A DNA stretch of 64,000 bases from the human T2T-CHM13v2.0 reference genome, Homo sapiens: assembly GCF_009914755.1 (NCBI RefSeq), contig NC_060936.1. The stretch is one strand, 5' to 3'. The stretch's first letter is position 1. Every line of letters begins with the position of its first letter. The position numbers and the translations under genes are program-made. The notes beneath the pieces are model-generated. The model saw only the letters and a list, made by a program, of their open reading frames with translations, searched no databases and was not told the origin of the DNA. Below, piece after piece: positions 1 to 45,706 of this stretch.

Positions 1-1470
<1,470 letters not shown>

Positions 1471-2003
1471 AAAAGCAAACATCTCTTGCCTACATAAGGA
1501 TGACACAGCTCTTAAAAAAAAAAAAAGATTCCTGCTAGATTGTGTGCAGCAAAATAAAAAGGCTTCCTTTAAAGTAGAATAGCCTGTGAAGAGTGGGTGG
1601 AAAGGAAATAGAAGCCTAAAAATAGAAGATATATTTCTAATTCCATCTGTTTCTATTCAGCGATATTTGCATACCTGGCTTAGTTTGTTCTAGATTGAGT
1701 GTCTTCATTTTTTTTGTCTTGTATGTTTCGGAATTATAGCATAGCAAAACAGAGTTGAGAAGAGTTCATCTACAAAAGGTATGTTCTTTAGGGAAAGAAA
1801 TTCTATTCTTACCTCTGGGCCACACATCCCATGATTCTAACAAGAACTGTTGTGAAGGGTTAAATCTATTAATCTGTCCTCTGGTAGAAAAAAAAATGAA
1901 GAAATAATAACTGATTCAGGAAGTGGTAACAGGTTGTGGATTAGCTTACAGAAAAGACCACTCACTTACTAATTACTTTCTTGGGCTCCCCACTTGTCCC
2001 AAA

Positions 2004-2004
<1 letters not shown>

Positions 2005-2038
<34 letters not shown>

Positions 2039-2050
2039 TGTCTGTCTGTC
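2005..2050. repeat. (TG)n(TCTG)n microsatellite in the OLR1 3' UTR
   Basis: Read directly. Confidence 0.95.
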
Positions 2051-2600
2051 CGTAAGTGGTAGAGTCTGGAGATGGACCACAGTTTAAAAACCAAGGATTG
2101 ATACCTTTTTTAAAGTTAAGAACATGAGTTTCTTGATTTCGGAATGGCCTCTGTCCTTCTTTGTTTCTTCACGTGCACTTTTTCCCAGACATATTTCCCC
2201 TTTTTGCTCTCTGCCTGCACTTGAGCAAGTTCTCCATGTTCTGTCTTTCATGCAATTTTAGGAGTGTGAGGGGAAGGTGATAATGAGGTAAAGAAGACTG
2301 AGTTCAGAGGGTTTTCAAGCTTGAAGAGGAGTCAAATTTTAAAATAAAAAGGGGAAAATGGACTTCAGGCTGGCAGGGAAGCTTGGGACAAGCTAGGTGA
2401 AATAATACAGGTAGCTAGAATCAAAAATGTTGACATAAAGGTGCCAGGCACCTGGAACCCCAGTTTCTGCAAAGGAGTTCTGCAGCCAGCTAAATGACAG
2501 TTTTCTGGGCTCTCATGTTTGGCACCCAAGTGACAAAGAATAGCTTAAATTCCAGAATAAAACTCAAAGACTTTTTTCTTTTCTTCCAGAGCCTTCAAAT

Positions 2601-14803
<12,203 letters not shown>

Positions 14804-14883
14804 TTCCAAATTCAAGCTAAGAATGAGAGAGTGAAGCAGTCACGAACTTCAACAAACTAAAAATATGTGAGCTTCTGCAGAAG

Positions 14884-14980
14884 TATTTAAATAGCTACTG
14901 TTATCTAATAGAAGAATGACTCAATCATTGGTAGGAGGAAGGAGAGGCTTTGCTTCATATTGGGAAGTTCGCTGACGCAA
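14884..14980 (-). promoter_or_regulatory. OLR1 core promoter: TATA-like TATTTAAA (14886-14893), AP-1 TGACTCA (14917-14923), CCAAT (14927-14931, 14959-14963), TGACGCAA C/EBP-ATF-like (14973-14980)
   Basis: Motifs read directly. The TATA sits ~29 nt above the recalled TSS (~14864) and ~90 nt upstream of the ATG. Confidence 0.8.
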
Positions 14981-15513
14981 ATTCTTGAGTTATGTGTATT
15001 GCAGGTGGAGAAAGTGGTGATTCTGAAGGTGTTTCAGGATATTTCGCTAAGTAATTTATGAAAGGGAAAACTATTTTTCATGAGCATCAGAGGAGAGATA
15101 TTGTACCCACTCTTCAGAGACAGAAACTGAAATTCAAAGAGAGTAAGTCACACTACATTTGTAAAAAATGTGCCAGAATTATGGGCCAAAATATTTGATT
15201 CCAATGTTTGTTTGCTAATTTCATTAGCAGACTGTTTCTATATGGTGTCTTTTACGAATCAGATATATTCTCTTTTGATTTTCACTGTTTTATCTGGCAA
15301 TGGATCTAAGAATTTTGGGGTGAATCACATATGGCTCCCATTTCCAGCGATGGTGTGTCCTGGGTGATTTTAGAATTTATCTGGGGCTACTAGTTCATGC
15401 AGTGCCAGTGTAACGTAGCAGCAGAGAGCACTTTGAATGCAGAAAGAGCTAGTTTCAGTACTTTCCTTTAGTCTACAATCTTGGGAAATCTTAATACTTT
15501 GAATCTATGTCTT

Positions 15514-15631
15514 TGTCTGGAAATTAGGGATAATGTCTACCTGATAACATTGTTATAGGAATTCAAATGACATGTCTGGAAATTAGGGATAATGTCTACC
15601 TGATAACATTGTTATAGGAATTCAAATGACA
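15514..15631. repeat. Perfect 59-bp tandem duplication upstream of OLR1
   Basis: tgtctggaaattagggataatgtctacctgataacattgttataggaattcaaatgaca occurs twice. Confidence 0.95.
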
Positions 15632-16601
15632 TGCTGGGTAAAAATAATAAGCTTTTTTACACTAGGTTTGTGAAAAATGTCACGTTGCTATAGGAATTCA
15701 AATGACACGCTGGTTAAAAATGACAAGCTTTGTACTTGGAGCATAATAAGAAGCCAATAAATAATAATTATTAGTATAGTACTAATATTCAGCACAGTTG
15801 AATTACCCATCAAATAATGTATTTCAGTAAAATCCATGATTGACTCATGTCACAAAGACGCTTACATGAGAGACCCATAAGTATGTCTATATGTATTTAC
15901 TGATAGAATACTTTTCTATTTTCCCTTGACAACCTCCTAACCAGATATATATCTATTAGAGATGTCTTCTGAAGGAAGTATTTATAAGCAAAATGATATG
16001 ATATCTGGCATTTACTTTAAATTACTCCAGGAAAAAAAAAGTGCAAAGAAAAGAATACACAAAGGAAGAATGGAAAAATAAATACATAAATAAAACATAT
16101 AGGAAACTATTAGGAAAAATTACCAATATTGACAGCCTAATTAGGATTCCATTTCCCTCCTCCTCCCTGTTTCCTATATTCCTTTTATTATGTGCAGAGT
16201 ATTTGAGAACAAATTGAAAAAGTTGGCCAGGTGCAGTGGCTCATGCCTGTAATCTCAGCACTTTGGGAAGCTGAGGGGGGGGGTGGATCACTGAGGTCAG
16301 GAGTTCGAGACCAGCCTGGCCAACCTGTTGAAACCCTGTCACCACTAAAAATACAAAAGTTAGCTGGGCCTGGTTGCAAGCCTATAATCCCAGCTATTTG
16401 GGAGGTGGAAAATGAAAATGCTTTTCATTTTCAGTGAGCTGAGATTGTGCCACTGTACTCCAGCCTGGGCAACAGAGCGAGACTCCCTTTAAAAAAAAAA
16501 AAAAAAAAGAATTAAAAAATACTGAAACGATATCACACTGAAAAGGGCACATTATCATTTCTACAGTGACTCAGTTATTTTGGATGCCATGAATATTATA
16601 G

Positions 16602-17459
<858 letters not shown>

Positions 17460-17770
17460 AATCCCAATTCCTTTCTCCTTTCTTGGAAACCACCGTTCCA
17501 TTTTTTTGTTTCTATAAATTGGTTTATTTTAGGCACCTCATACTGGTGGAATCATATAATATTTGTCCTTTTGTATCTAAATTATTTTATTTAGCATTAT
17601 GTCTTCAACAATTATCAATGTGGTAGCATGTGTCAGAATTTTGTTCCTTTTAAAGTCTGTATAATATTCCATTGTATGTATAAACCACATTCTACATTTT
17701 ATTTATCCATTGATGGACGTTTGGGTTTATCCTGTTTTTAAAGATCAGTGGGATAGTTTCTACAGTCCTT

Positions 17771-18293
17771 GTGTGGCAGATAACTGGACAGATTTGAAAA
17801 ATTTTAGAGGGCTCTCATTATTCCTGCCTCCTGGTGTTCATGATCTTGTGTAATCCTTCCCCTTGAGTGTGAGTGAGACCTATGACTTGGAGTGTAGCAG
17901 AGGTGCTGGAATGTATGTGATCATCTACGTGTGCTTATGTAAGGTATAGTGACTATTATGCTAAAGTCACTCTCCCTCTCCTATTTCCATCTTTATCTCC
18001 CTGTCTAGATTTTTAAAAGCAAGCTTAAATGGATCCTGCAGCCATAGAGAAATAAATTCTGCCTGAGGGAGCTTGCAAGTGAATCTTCCCAGGCTCACCT
18101 GAGAATGCATGATGAGAGTGCAACCCAGCAGCCACCTTGACTGCAGCCTTGTGAGACATCAAGCAGAGGACCCAACTAAGTTGTGCCCACACTTCTGACT
18201 CACAGATACTTTGAAATAATAAAAGTACATTGTTTTACCTTGCTGCTCACATAATTTGTGGTGATGTGTTACACAGCATATCAACCTAAAACA
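17771..18293 (+). mobile_element. MLT1-type MaLR LTR
   Basis: MLT1-like 3' end: gacccaactaagttgtgccc...cttctgactcacag...gtggtgatgtgttacacagca. Confidence 0.65.
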
Positions 18294-20390
18294 TTCTATG
18301 ATAAACTGAATCCTTCTGTCTTGTTTAACTTTTTTAACTCTAATCTTTTTACTGATTTCAGTGCCTTTGAAGCTGTCACTCAATCCCTATGCTGTGATCT
18401 TGGCTTATCAGACAGAAACACTTCCCAAGGGATCTCCCAAGGGTTGCAAAGATGAAACTTCTTCTGCTATATTATTTATTTTTGAAATCAGGGCTGTGGC
18501 CCTACCCACTGACTTATAGTTTGAGGTTGATGCCTCAGAGTCCTGGCCTCTATTTTATTGAGGCACAGAGAGGAAAGAAATCCATAGTTGGCCACCTGAC
18601 TTAGGCAAGGTCAAAAGGAGAATGATCAGTGGAACCAGAAGTAAGCAATTTGTTTGGCTACACTTGTTACACCAGTTGTATAACAATTCCCTGAAGCATA
18701 GGTGTAAAACTCTATGTACATGCACCCTCTACTGGTTCCACTCCAAGTCCTTAACTACCTGGACATAAGCTAATGATTCACAAGCTTAATGGAACTGCAC
18801 AAGATTGTATAGGATTGTAATGAGACCATTTCCCTCTATCCCAGCTACCTGCCCTTCTGTACCTGTCCAAAGTGTACTTCGTTCAGTCTTCTTGTCTGAA
18901 TTATCTTTCTTCTTTCATCATTCCCTATATGGAGGCTTGGTTAGGGACAGGATTCAGAGTTAAAGCTGCCCCAAGGCATAATCTCATTCATTAGGATAAA
19001 AACAAACTTTTATCTTTCCAGGGACTAATCTGGTGAGAAAAAAAAAAAGGGTAGTAATAATTCTAAGAAAGGAAAGTCACAAGGAGGTCATTAACAGAAC
19101 CTATTTTGTTCAAACCTGTTTGGAAGCTGGAGGGCAAAAAGATGATGGCAATTACGTGTTAGAAAAGTGCAATGCGAGCGGGGAGTCATGTTAACCAGCA
19201 AACCTGTTTAGGCAGGTGAAGGCTGGCGTGGTTGGGAGAAAAGGTGGCCAGGCTAGCAAGGAAAAATATTCAAGAATTAGAATATCAGGAGACTAAAATG
19301 TGGTCTGGAGAGGGAATGGTATAAAAATATACAAGAGAAGCATAAAGGACAGTAATTATCCAGAATCTTGAAAGTAAAGGTCACTGGTAAACTTTAGTGA
19401 AAATCAAAATAATCTTAGCAAACACAAAAAATATCAGGACTGTTATATTCATTTTACACACATTAACTTATTTAATCTGTATAAGGCTATCAAGTAAATA
19501 TTACTACTATTACCCCCATTTTATATAAAATGAAAATGAGCCAATAGAGGTCTAATAACCTGCTCCAAGATCACACAGCTCATAAGTGACAAAACCAAGT
19601 ATTTAAACCCAGGTATCCTGGCTAGGCTTTAGGTCTTGGTGCTCTACTGTCTTTCTGTCAAGAAAAAGAGAAGGGAAAGTTTCATGATGGGTTCCCTACG
19701 TACAGGGCACTCATGATAGAAATATCCTATTCAAAATGCTTTCCTGTCTCTTATTTTATTTTCTCTAGGAAATAACATCTAAAGCAGGTCAAGTGGGTAT
19801 TCTGCTCCTGTTGTATGAATGGGAACGTTAAGGACTGGAGGAATTACATAATAATTTAGTGGAAGGCCACCTAAAGCCCTGCTCTCCTTGTCCTATAAAA
19901 TACCTTCCACCTTGCCAAGTCTTCTACTGAAATCTGGAAATCACCCTTCATCCTAACCCCAGTTGCCTAATTTAAAAAAATAAAAAATAAAAGACTGTCA
20001 GTGCTCATTTCGTCTTGAAACTGACAGATTTTAAATCACCAGTATGGTACCAGGCCATTTTCTCATTATTTGTTTTCCTTAGCTGAGAACAAAACCAGTT
20101 TATATCCTGCATTCTCATATCCCATCATCAAGCTATGTGTGAGGACCCTTAGAGTATGATCAGCTCACCCAAGAGTCTCCCTTCCACAATCACTCAGCAT
20201 AATTAGATTTACTGAGCTAGAAAGGTCCTGAAAGGAGGTTTTATTCAATTCTTATGAGATAGATATATCACTGTAAACTAACATCTACTTTTCTTATCCC
20301 AGCCTGGCCAATATGGTAAAACCTTGTCTCTACTGAAAATAGAAAAGTTAGCTGGGTGTCGTGGCAGGTGTCTATAATCCCAGCTACTCA

Positions 20391-20540
<150 letters not shown>

Positions 20541-20620
20541 TTATTAAACATTTGGTATTAAGTAAAAGATCACCTACTTAAGTATAAATCATTCATACAG
20601 CATTCTTTTGTTTCTTTTAA

Positions 20621-20925
<305 letters not shown>

Positions 20926-21026
20926 CTATAGCTTTGTTTCATTGTAAGTATTCTAGGCCAGGCACGGTGGCTCACGCCTGTAATCCCAGCACTTTGGGAG
21001 GCCGAGTCGGGCGGATCATGAGGTCA

Positions 21027-21293
<267 letters not shown>

Positions 21294-22295
21294 TTACTCT
21301 AACCTTAGGTTTTATTTTCCTGAGTGACAAGACTTATTTCTCAATCACATCACTACTTAACCAAAGAGAGAGAGAGAGAGAGAAAGAGAGAGAAAGAAGG
21401 AACAAAGAAAAGGCAAGAAAGAAAGAAACCTATACATTTGCTTTTTTAAAATTTGGTTTTAAAAAAATGTCTTTCTCAGTTATCTATTTCAATGGGAAGT
21501 GAAGTCAGGGAGGAGGAAGATGTCACTGATAACACCTGAAAATTCTAATCTTCCGACTTGATTTCTCATCTTCAAGTCTGTTTTCTCCAAAGATGAGATG
21601 GCTTTCCTGTTCACTTGGCAACCTCTCAGTCTTACCCCAATGCTTAGGGATATAAATGACCCAGAACCAGGAGAGTTGATTATCAACATAGTGAAGGGGA
21701 GGGTTTCAAAGAGCAAGAAGGGGTTGTTAGTCACACGGAGAGAGAAGAAAGGAGATTAGCAGGGTGACTTTCACCCTGCAACAGTCACGCTGGAGTACTC
21801 TGGTGAAGGATCAAGAATATTACCAGTTTTCTGATGAAGAAAGGAATATATTTGGTCACCAGCAATCTGCCTTTGACCATCCTCAAAGCCAAGTTTTTCA
21901 TCGCTGTCTAGAAAAATACTTCATTCAGAGGACACATATGTCCTCTTTGAATGTCTCCTTTTTGGGAGCAGTAGGAGAAAGAAACTTCAAGATGTAGAAA
22001 GAATTAATAGTGTAACGGAAAGAAAGAAGGCAAAAGGAAGTAAATGTGGAGGCCATAGAAATAGTAATAAGAATAAAGAAGAAAAACAGGAAAGAAGAGG
22101 GAAAAGCCATAGAAAATAACAGCCAGAGCGAGTAGGAGGAGACAGAGAGAACGAGAGAGAGAAAAGCTGATAAATTCCTGAGAAAAGTTTCTCTTCTTAA
22201 GAATTCTAGGTCAAGAAGTAAAATATGGCACAGAGCATTGAAAGGAGGCAACGGATGCCCAGTGCAAGATTCTGAAGAAGCAGGAATTCAGCCCG

Positions 22296-32855
<10,560 letters not shown>

Positions 32856-33686
32856 TGAGAGCTGTCATTTTATAAATAGGAGTGGAGTGATGTCCAGAGT
32901 CTGTGGGAAAATGGAACACATACTTTTCTAACCCTCAGAAGTTTTAAGATGGCATCTAACACCATCATTCTATGGGAAAGATGGTTCTTACTCTTCGTTC
33001 ACAGGCCTTTATATCTTCCGATACAGAATGCTCTAATTGGGAACTCTAATTTTGTATCCAATGGCCAAAATCTGCAAGTAATCTCTAGCCACACTGATTA
33101 CTACTAAACCAGGAAAGCATCAAGGTGTCTTGAATTCCTTTAACTATTGAGTGCATATAGAATTCCTGTACCCACATGATACTGCAAGTTGTGTCTCTCT
33201 CTGTCAGCTAATCCACTGCGGTTAACTGGAAAAGAAAGACAACAGTGTCAGCACAGCCATCGACATTAATGCACTGAATGCATGCATCTTTCCTCCTGAG
33301 ACAGCAATCGATTTTACACCGAATGACAATGATCATCTTAGACAGCACAACATACCCACTCGGATATCTAAAAGCTAGGGATGGCATTGCTGATATGGGC
33401 AAAGAGAACACAGTATAGTATTTAAGTGCCAAATATCAGTCTTTCTTTCTCTCTGGTCCTACCCCTCAGCAGTATGAAAAACTCCATACTGTGCAGTCAC
33501 AGTTGGATTAATTCTTCAGTTCCTCCGCACTGCAAACACATATATGTGCGCACATGCATGTATACCTGCACCCTGTTTTAACTCTAAAGGAATAGTGTTG
33601 CTTTACTTCTTTCCTGTTTTGCCTGGACCACTTAAAGCCACAACACCTCTATAGTGACACACGCTAGTCTCTAGTGGTGGCCCTCA

Positions 33687-33700
33687 CTGCCACCTAGAGG
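33687..33700 (-). promoter_or_regulatory. Candidate CTCF site CCTCTAGGTGGCAG
   Basis: Close match to the CCASYAGRKGGCRS core. Confidence 0.5.
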
Positions 33701-33937
33701 AGCCATGGTGGAAAACACACTCTCTCCTTTGAGCCTATCTGCACATCTCTCGAGTTCTTGGAGCAAAAACTAAATGCTGAACTAAGCCTGGTTGAGATGC
33801 TTCCCATGGACCATGCCGCAGCACAGTGCTAATCTATCCACAAAACATACCACCTCCCAAAGTATTATTATTGGAAAATCGAGGAAGTGACGCACATTTA
33901 GGGAAAAACTACTCACCTTAGAAAAGTCACTGAAATC

Positions 33938-37121
<3,184 letters not shown>

Positions 37122-38208
37122 TAAATAAGTCACTTGATGCAATTTGAATTTTAAGACAATGACTCTCAATGCTACAGGAGAATGGAGTGGAGTGGGAAAG
37201 TCAGAAGGTCAGAAGTCAAAGATCAGAAGATCAGGGAAAGTCTTCAGAGGTACTGAAGAATAGTGGATAAGAGATGATTGTGGATAGGATGGGTGTGGTG
37301 AGAATAAAGGGAGAGAGAGAGATAAATGTAGGAATTTGAGAGATATATTGGAGATAGGATCATCAGGACTTGCAGCTGAATTGGAGAGGAAAATGTATTA
37401 AGGAAAGGAAAGGAAGTGAAGAATGACTTCTAGATCATTTACCTGAGCTGATGCATGGAAAGTACAGCTATTTATTAGTATGGAGAAGACTGGAGGAAGA
37501 CCAGATTCAGGAGAAAATTTAAACAGTGATTTCTAAAAGTGAGGAATAAGGCATTCGCTGGTGAAATATGTACCAAGTTAATCTAAGCTAAGTCCTACTG
37601 CACCAAACAGTAAAAAAAAAGCTCAAACTTGCTAATGGAATAAGTCAAAGTTTTCCTTGGAATTGAATGAGGAAAGCCTCAATTCATGAAAAAGAAAAAG
37701 AAATTTTACATTAGTCATTTAGCTTTGTAATGTTTTTAAGATAATTCACTGGAGACTGCATGGAAACTGTTGGTTACGCCTCTCTGAGACTCTGGGGTTT
37801 AGACAGGAGGATATAAGTTTGGAAGCTATCAAGTTAAAATGTATATTCATATATATGGACATGAATGAGATCATCTCTCCCCATCCTCACCCTCTTGATC
37901 TTTTTCCCTCTCACTCCTTTAATTTTTCACTTTCTACCAGTTTCTTCCCTTTAGCATATAGTAGTTTAGTATGACTTGTATACGGTAAAGGGAGAGCAGC
38001 GCATGAAGTTGAAGTGGCACACTGCTCAGCCTCGCACCAGGCAATTCGGCAACTGAACTTGAAGACAATGAGGCGTGACTTAACATTTTATTTGCAGGAA
38101 AGCTCCATTATGTGATCAATTTTTAAGAAACATACCCTGATGAAAGTTTGAGGTCTTAGCTGAAATGTGAGGAAGGCAGATCTTAATCCTGACTAGGAGC
38201 ATATTGTA

Positions 38209-38526
38209 AAGCTGGAAACCATCATTCTCAGCAAACTATCGCAAGGACAAAAAACCAAACACCGCATGTTCTCACTCATAGGTGGGAATTGAACAATGAG
38301 AACACATGGACACAGGAAGGGGAACATCACATGCTGGGGACTGTTGTGGGGTGGGGGGAGGGGGGAGAGATAGCATTAGGAGATATACCTAATGCTAAAT
38401 GACGAGTTAATGGGTGCAGCACACCAACATGGCACATGTATACATATGTAACAAACCTGAATGTTGTGTATGTGTACCCTAAAACTTAAAGTATAATAAT
38501 AATAAAATAATAAAATAAAAAATAAA
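38209..38526 (+). mobile_element. 5'-truncated young L1PA (L1PA2-5-like) 3' end with polyA tail
   Basis: Near-consensus aagctggaaaccatcattctcagcaaactatcgc...cctaaaacttaaagtataataa. It has GAG rather than ACA/ACG at the Ta diagnostic position. Confidence 0.92.
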
Positions 38527-39018
38527 ATCCTAGTTAAAAATGGGGAGCTTGCAGGGCGCAGTGGCTCACGCCTGTTATCCCAGCACTTTGGGATGCCGAG
38601 GCGGGTGGATCACCTGAGGTCAGGAGTTCGAGACCAGCCTGGCCAACATAGTGAAACCCTGTCTTTACTAAATATACAAAAATTAGCTGGGCATTGTGGC
38701 ACACGCCTGTAATCCCAGATACTCGGGAGGCTGAGGCAGGAGAATCACTTGAACCCAGGAGATAGGGGTTGATGTGAGCCAAGCTCATACCACTGCACTC
38801 CAGCCTGGGTGGCAGAGCAAGACTCTGTCTCAAAAAAAAAAAAAAATGATGATGATGAGCATGAAAAGGAACATTGAGGTGGTGGTAAAATGATGTTCTT
38901 TTTTTTTTTTTTCCAACAGAATTCTAAGCTGTGCTCAATTGAAAAAAAAAAAAAGTAACAGTGGTTAAAAACATGATTTTTAACACAATTGTTCTCTAGG
39001 TCTCTCCTATAATTTTAA

Positions 39019-40588
<1,570 letters not shown>

Positions 40589-40970
40589 CTTGCTAAAACC
40601 AAAACTATTGGAGTCAGGGCTGCGTCCAGTGTGTTGTCAATTTCTGAAAGAAGATGTTGACACATGCATAGCAGTAGGAAGTGACCCTGACAGCATAAAG
40701 CTCCTAATCTGTGCGGGAAAACTGAAAGATGAACCTCTACTAAATTTACACAAGGGCAAACTCTCCTTCAGTGGGGAGGCTGGGTCTGACACATTCTGTG
40801 GCTGTGATGACCTAGTTGTCGGTGGTTTACAGGCAAATACGACAGTATAGAGTGCTTTGCAGTAGCCCGTTTTCCCTCCAGGTCTAGCTCAGGAACTGCA
40901 GCATCAGTTCTAATTGAGTTGGCCTTGTAGGTATGGCTATAAGATCTTTATTTATTTTTTAATTTTTTAA

Positions 40971-41313
<343 letters not shown>

Positions 41314-41791
41314 TTAATCTGTTAAGCGTTTACTTGCATATGAGAGTATGGAAATAAAGCAGAAACAGGAATTGTTTAACAAATTTAAGTGGCAGGAGAT
41401 TAAAATGGCAAAGTCTGGGGAAGGTATGCTTTGTTTTCTTTTCCTTGGGTAAAGTAGCTTGGCTGGAAGGTAACAAAGAAGTCAGTGTGGGACATCTGCC
41501 GTTGAGCAAGCCAACTGGGAAAATGATTTCAGTGATTTATGGATTGTCTAAGATACATGGAGAGTTCAACTGTGGAAAATATGTGACATGCTATCACTGA
41601 GTAGTGGTGGCCAGTGTCTTCCATTGGCATCTCCACCTTGGTTAACCCAGAATTGTGCTATTTCCCACCCCAGGGTGCCTCACAACTTTGGGAGTCTGGG
41701 AAGGGTACTATGAAAGTAAGCAGTGTAGGACCGGGCCCGGTGGCTCACGCCTGTAATCCCAGCACTTTGGGAGGCCGAGGCGGGCGGATCA

Positions 41792-42037
<246 letters not shown>

Positions 42038-42166
42038 CTAAAGGATAATTGAATTTTAAACATTAATTACATGGTGTAATGGCATTTTCTGTTTATAAAA
42101 AAAGATAGAAAAAAATGAGAATGTGAATCATGGAGACTGGTAACAATTCCAGGAGTGATGTGATAG

Positions 42167-42395
<229 letters not shown>

Positions 42396-43237
42396 TAGCC
42401 AGGATGGTCTCGATCTCCCGACCTTGTGATCCACCCGCCTCAGCCACCCAAAGTGCTGGGATTACAGGCGTGAGCCACTGCGGCCGGCCTGGTTGGCTTC
42501 TTTTTATGGAAGGCATTAAATGTGAGCTTCAGCAGTTTGGACTTTATCCTGCAGTCAATGAAAGCCATCGCAAGTTCTTGAAGAGGAAAAGGGGATAATG
42601 TAACTTTTAAGATGCTTTGGTTGTCACTAAAAGATGAATAAGAGAAGTAAAATACAGGAGACAGGGTGACCATTATGGCTACAGAGCTACTGCAGAGGCA
42701 ATGTCTCTTTAATTTCTATGATAAAATCTTACTTATGGACAAAAGTTATGAAATAAGGCAGACTCAGTTAACGCCTCTTCTCTCTCAGCCTCCCAGTACC
42801 AAACCTTAAATTGTTTATGTTGCCTTTTGGTTCTTGCTATTCCTGTTTGATAAATGATGTCAGTGCTACAAGTATCTAGACTTTTCTTTAATCCCACTTT
42901 GTATATCAAACTTGCCTATACAGTATCTCTCTTGTGTGCTCTTCTCTTACACTGTAGTTAGGACCTGCTCTCCCCTCCAATATTAATACTAATTACCATA
43001 AGTGGTAAGGTTGAATACTATCCTCTCTCTCCCAAAGAGTTGTAACTTCAAACTCAGTAAATACCAAAGTTGATAAATGCAAATCCAATTCAATGAGAAC
43101 AAAAGTTAATTAAGAGGACGGGTACGGTGGTTCACATCTGTAATCCTAGCACTTTGGGAGGCCAAGGCAGGCAGATCACTTGAGGTCAGGAGTTCAAGAC
43201 CAGCCTGGCCAACATGGTGAAACCCCTGTCTCTACTA

Positions 43238-43396
<159 letters not shown>

Positions 43397-43916
43397 TCAA
43401 AAAAAAAAAAAAGAAAGAAGAAGAAGAAGGTTCATTAAGGGTCAAATAATTTGGCTGGGCACAGTGGCTCATGCCTGTAATCCCAACACTTTGGGAGGCT
43501 GAGGCAGGCGGATCACCTGAGGTCAGGAGTTGGAGACCAGCCTGACCAACACGGTAAAACCCCATCTCTACTAAAAATACAAAAATTAGCTGGGTGTGGT
43601 GATGCGTGCTTGTAGTCCCAGCTACTTGAGAGGCTGAGGCAGGAGAATCATTTGAACCTGGGAGGCAGATTGAAGTAAGCCAAGATAGTGCCACTGCACT
43701 CCAGCCTGGAGGACAGAGTGAAACTACGTCTCAAAAAAAAAAAAAAAAGAGTCAAATAATTGGTTAGTAATCACAGCCATTTGAATGCCAACTGTGCACC
43801 TAATGCATTATGTCACTTAATTCTCCAAACTCCCATTTTTTAGCTTTGGATGGTGAGTTGTCAGGAAGTAATGTCATTTGGAGAACAACTTTGTCAGACT
43901 TCAAACATCAAACTGA

Positions 43917-44101
<185 letters not shown>

Positions 44102-45133
44102 TAGTAGAGACAGGTTTTTCCATGTTGGTCAGGCTGGTCTCAAACTTCCCACCTCAGGTAATCCTCCTGCCTCGGCCTCCCAAAGTGCTGGGATTACAGG
44201 CGTGAGCCACCGCGCCTGGATCCTCTTATTTTTTAATTTTTATTTTTTTAAAATTAAATCTATGTATCTTTACAGATTGAAAATTCAAATAGCCCTGCAA
44301 GGCTTGTGAAGAAAAATAGCACCTTCCCACCACACACACATTTTCTACTCCCTACTTTTTAGCTGATATTTTTAGGCCTACAGTTCTTCAAATACGATGC
44401 ATATGTTGCTATTCTTGATTTTTATTTTTGGTTTGGAACACAATCTATTGACTTGCCATTATAGAAGATGAAAATGAGGCTCTTTTTTTACCACCACCAC
44501 CTCCGCCTTTGCTAGCATCACGCATCTGAATATTTCTCATGCCCTTCTATCATCCAAATATGATGATATCATAATTTTGATTAGATCAGTATAATTAGAA
44601 ACAAGAAAGGGAACATTAATGGCTAAGAGCCTGAAACTGGGCTTTAAGGGTAAAAATTGTGGCTCTGCTCTTTACTCCCTGTCCAATCTTGGTGTAGTAA
44701 CCTAATCGTTCTGGCTTCAATTTCCTCAACTGTAAAATGATGATAAAATGAGTACACCTACATTATACTATATGAGGACTACGGGAGTTGATATATATGT
44801 ATTCATATATGATAGCATATGTAAAGCATGCATATTAATATACTAATACGTATTAATCACTTTGATTATCTTATAGATTATCTTCATCTTTCATCATCTC
44901 TTTCTAAAAGGTAAATTTTGCTTCCTTAATCCCACATCTTTTCCTTTCTTGGTTTATTTTCTCATTGTGGGGGTGCTTACTGAAAACAAGAACATTAAAA
45001 GTAAATTTTGGGGGCTGGGCACAGTGGCTCACACCTGTAATCCTAACACTTTGGGAGGCCGAGGCGGGTGAATCATCTGAGGTCAGGAGTTCGAAACCAG
45101 CCTGGCCAACATGGTGAAACCCCGTCTCTATTA

Positions 45134-45337
<204 letters not shown>

Positions 45338-45580
45338 CTAAGAATGTCTTGAGCTACCCCCACACTTAAACAATAGTATAGCTTATTATAAAATTCTAGG
45401 AAGAAGGCAGGGTGCGGTGGCTCACGCCTGTAATCCCAGCACTTTGGGAGGCCGAGGCGGGTGGGTCACGAGGTCAGGAGATCGAGGCCATCCTGGCTAA
45501 CACGGTGAAACGCCGTCTCTACTAAAAATACAAAAAATTAGCTGGGCATGGTGGTGGGTGCCTGTAGTCCCAACTATTCA

Positions 45581-45706
<126 letters not shown>

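Noticed and set aside
15514-15740. Repeat-spacer-like periodicity
   Set aside because: It is a simple tandem duplication in mammalian DNA, with no CRISPR-like unique spacers or cas genes.
38209-38526. Possible active or polymorphic L1HS-Ta insertion
   Set aside because: It is only ~320 bp long and has GAG rather than ACA at the Ta-diagnostic site.
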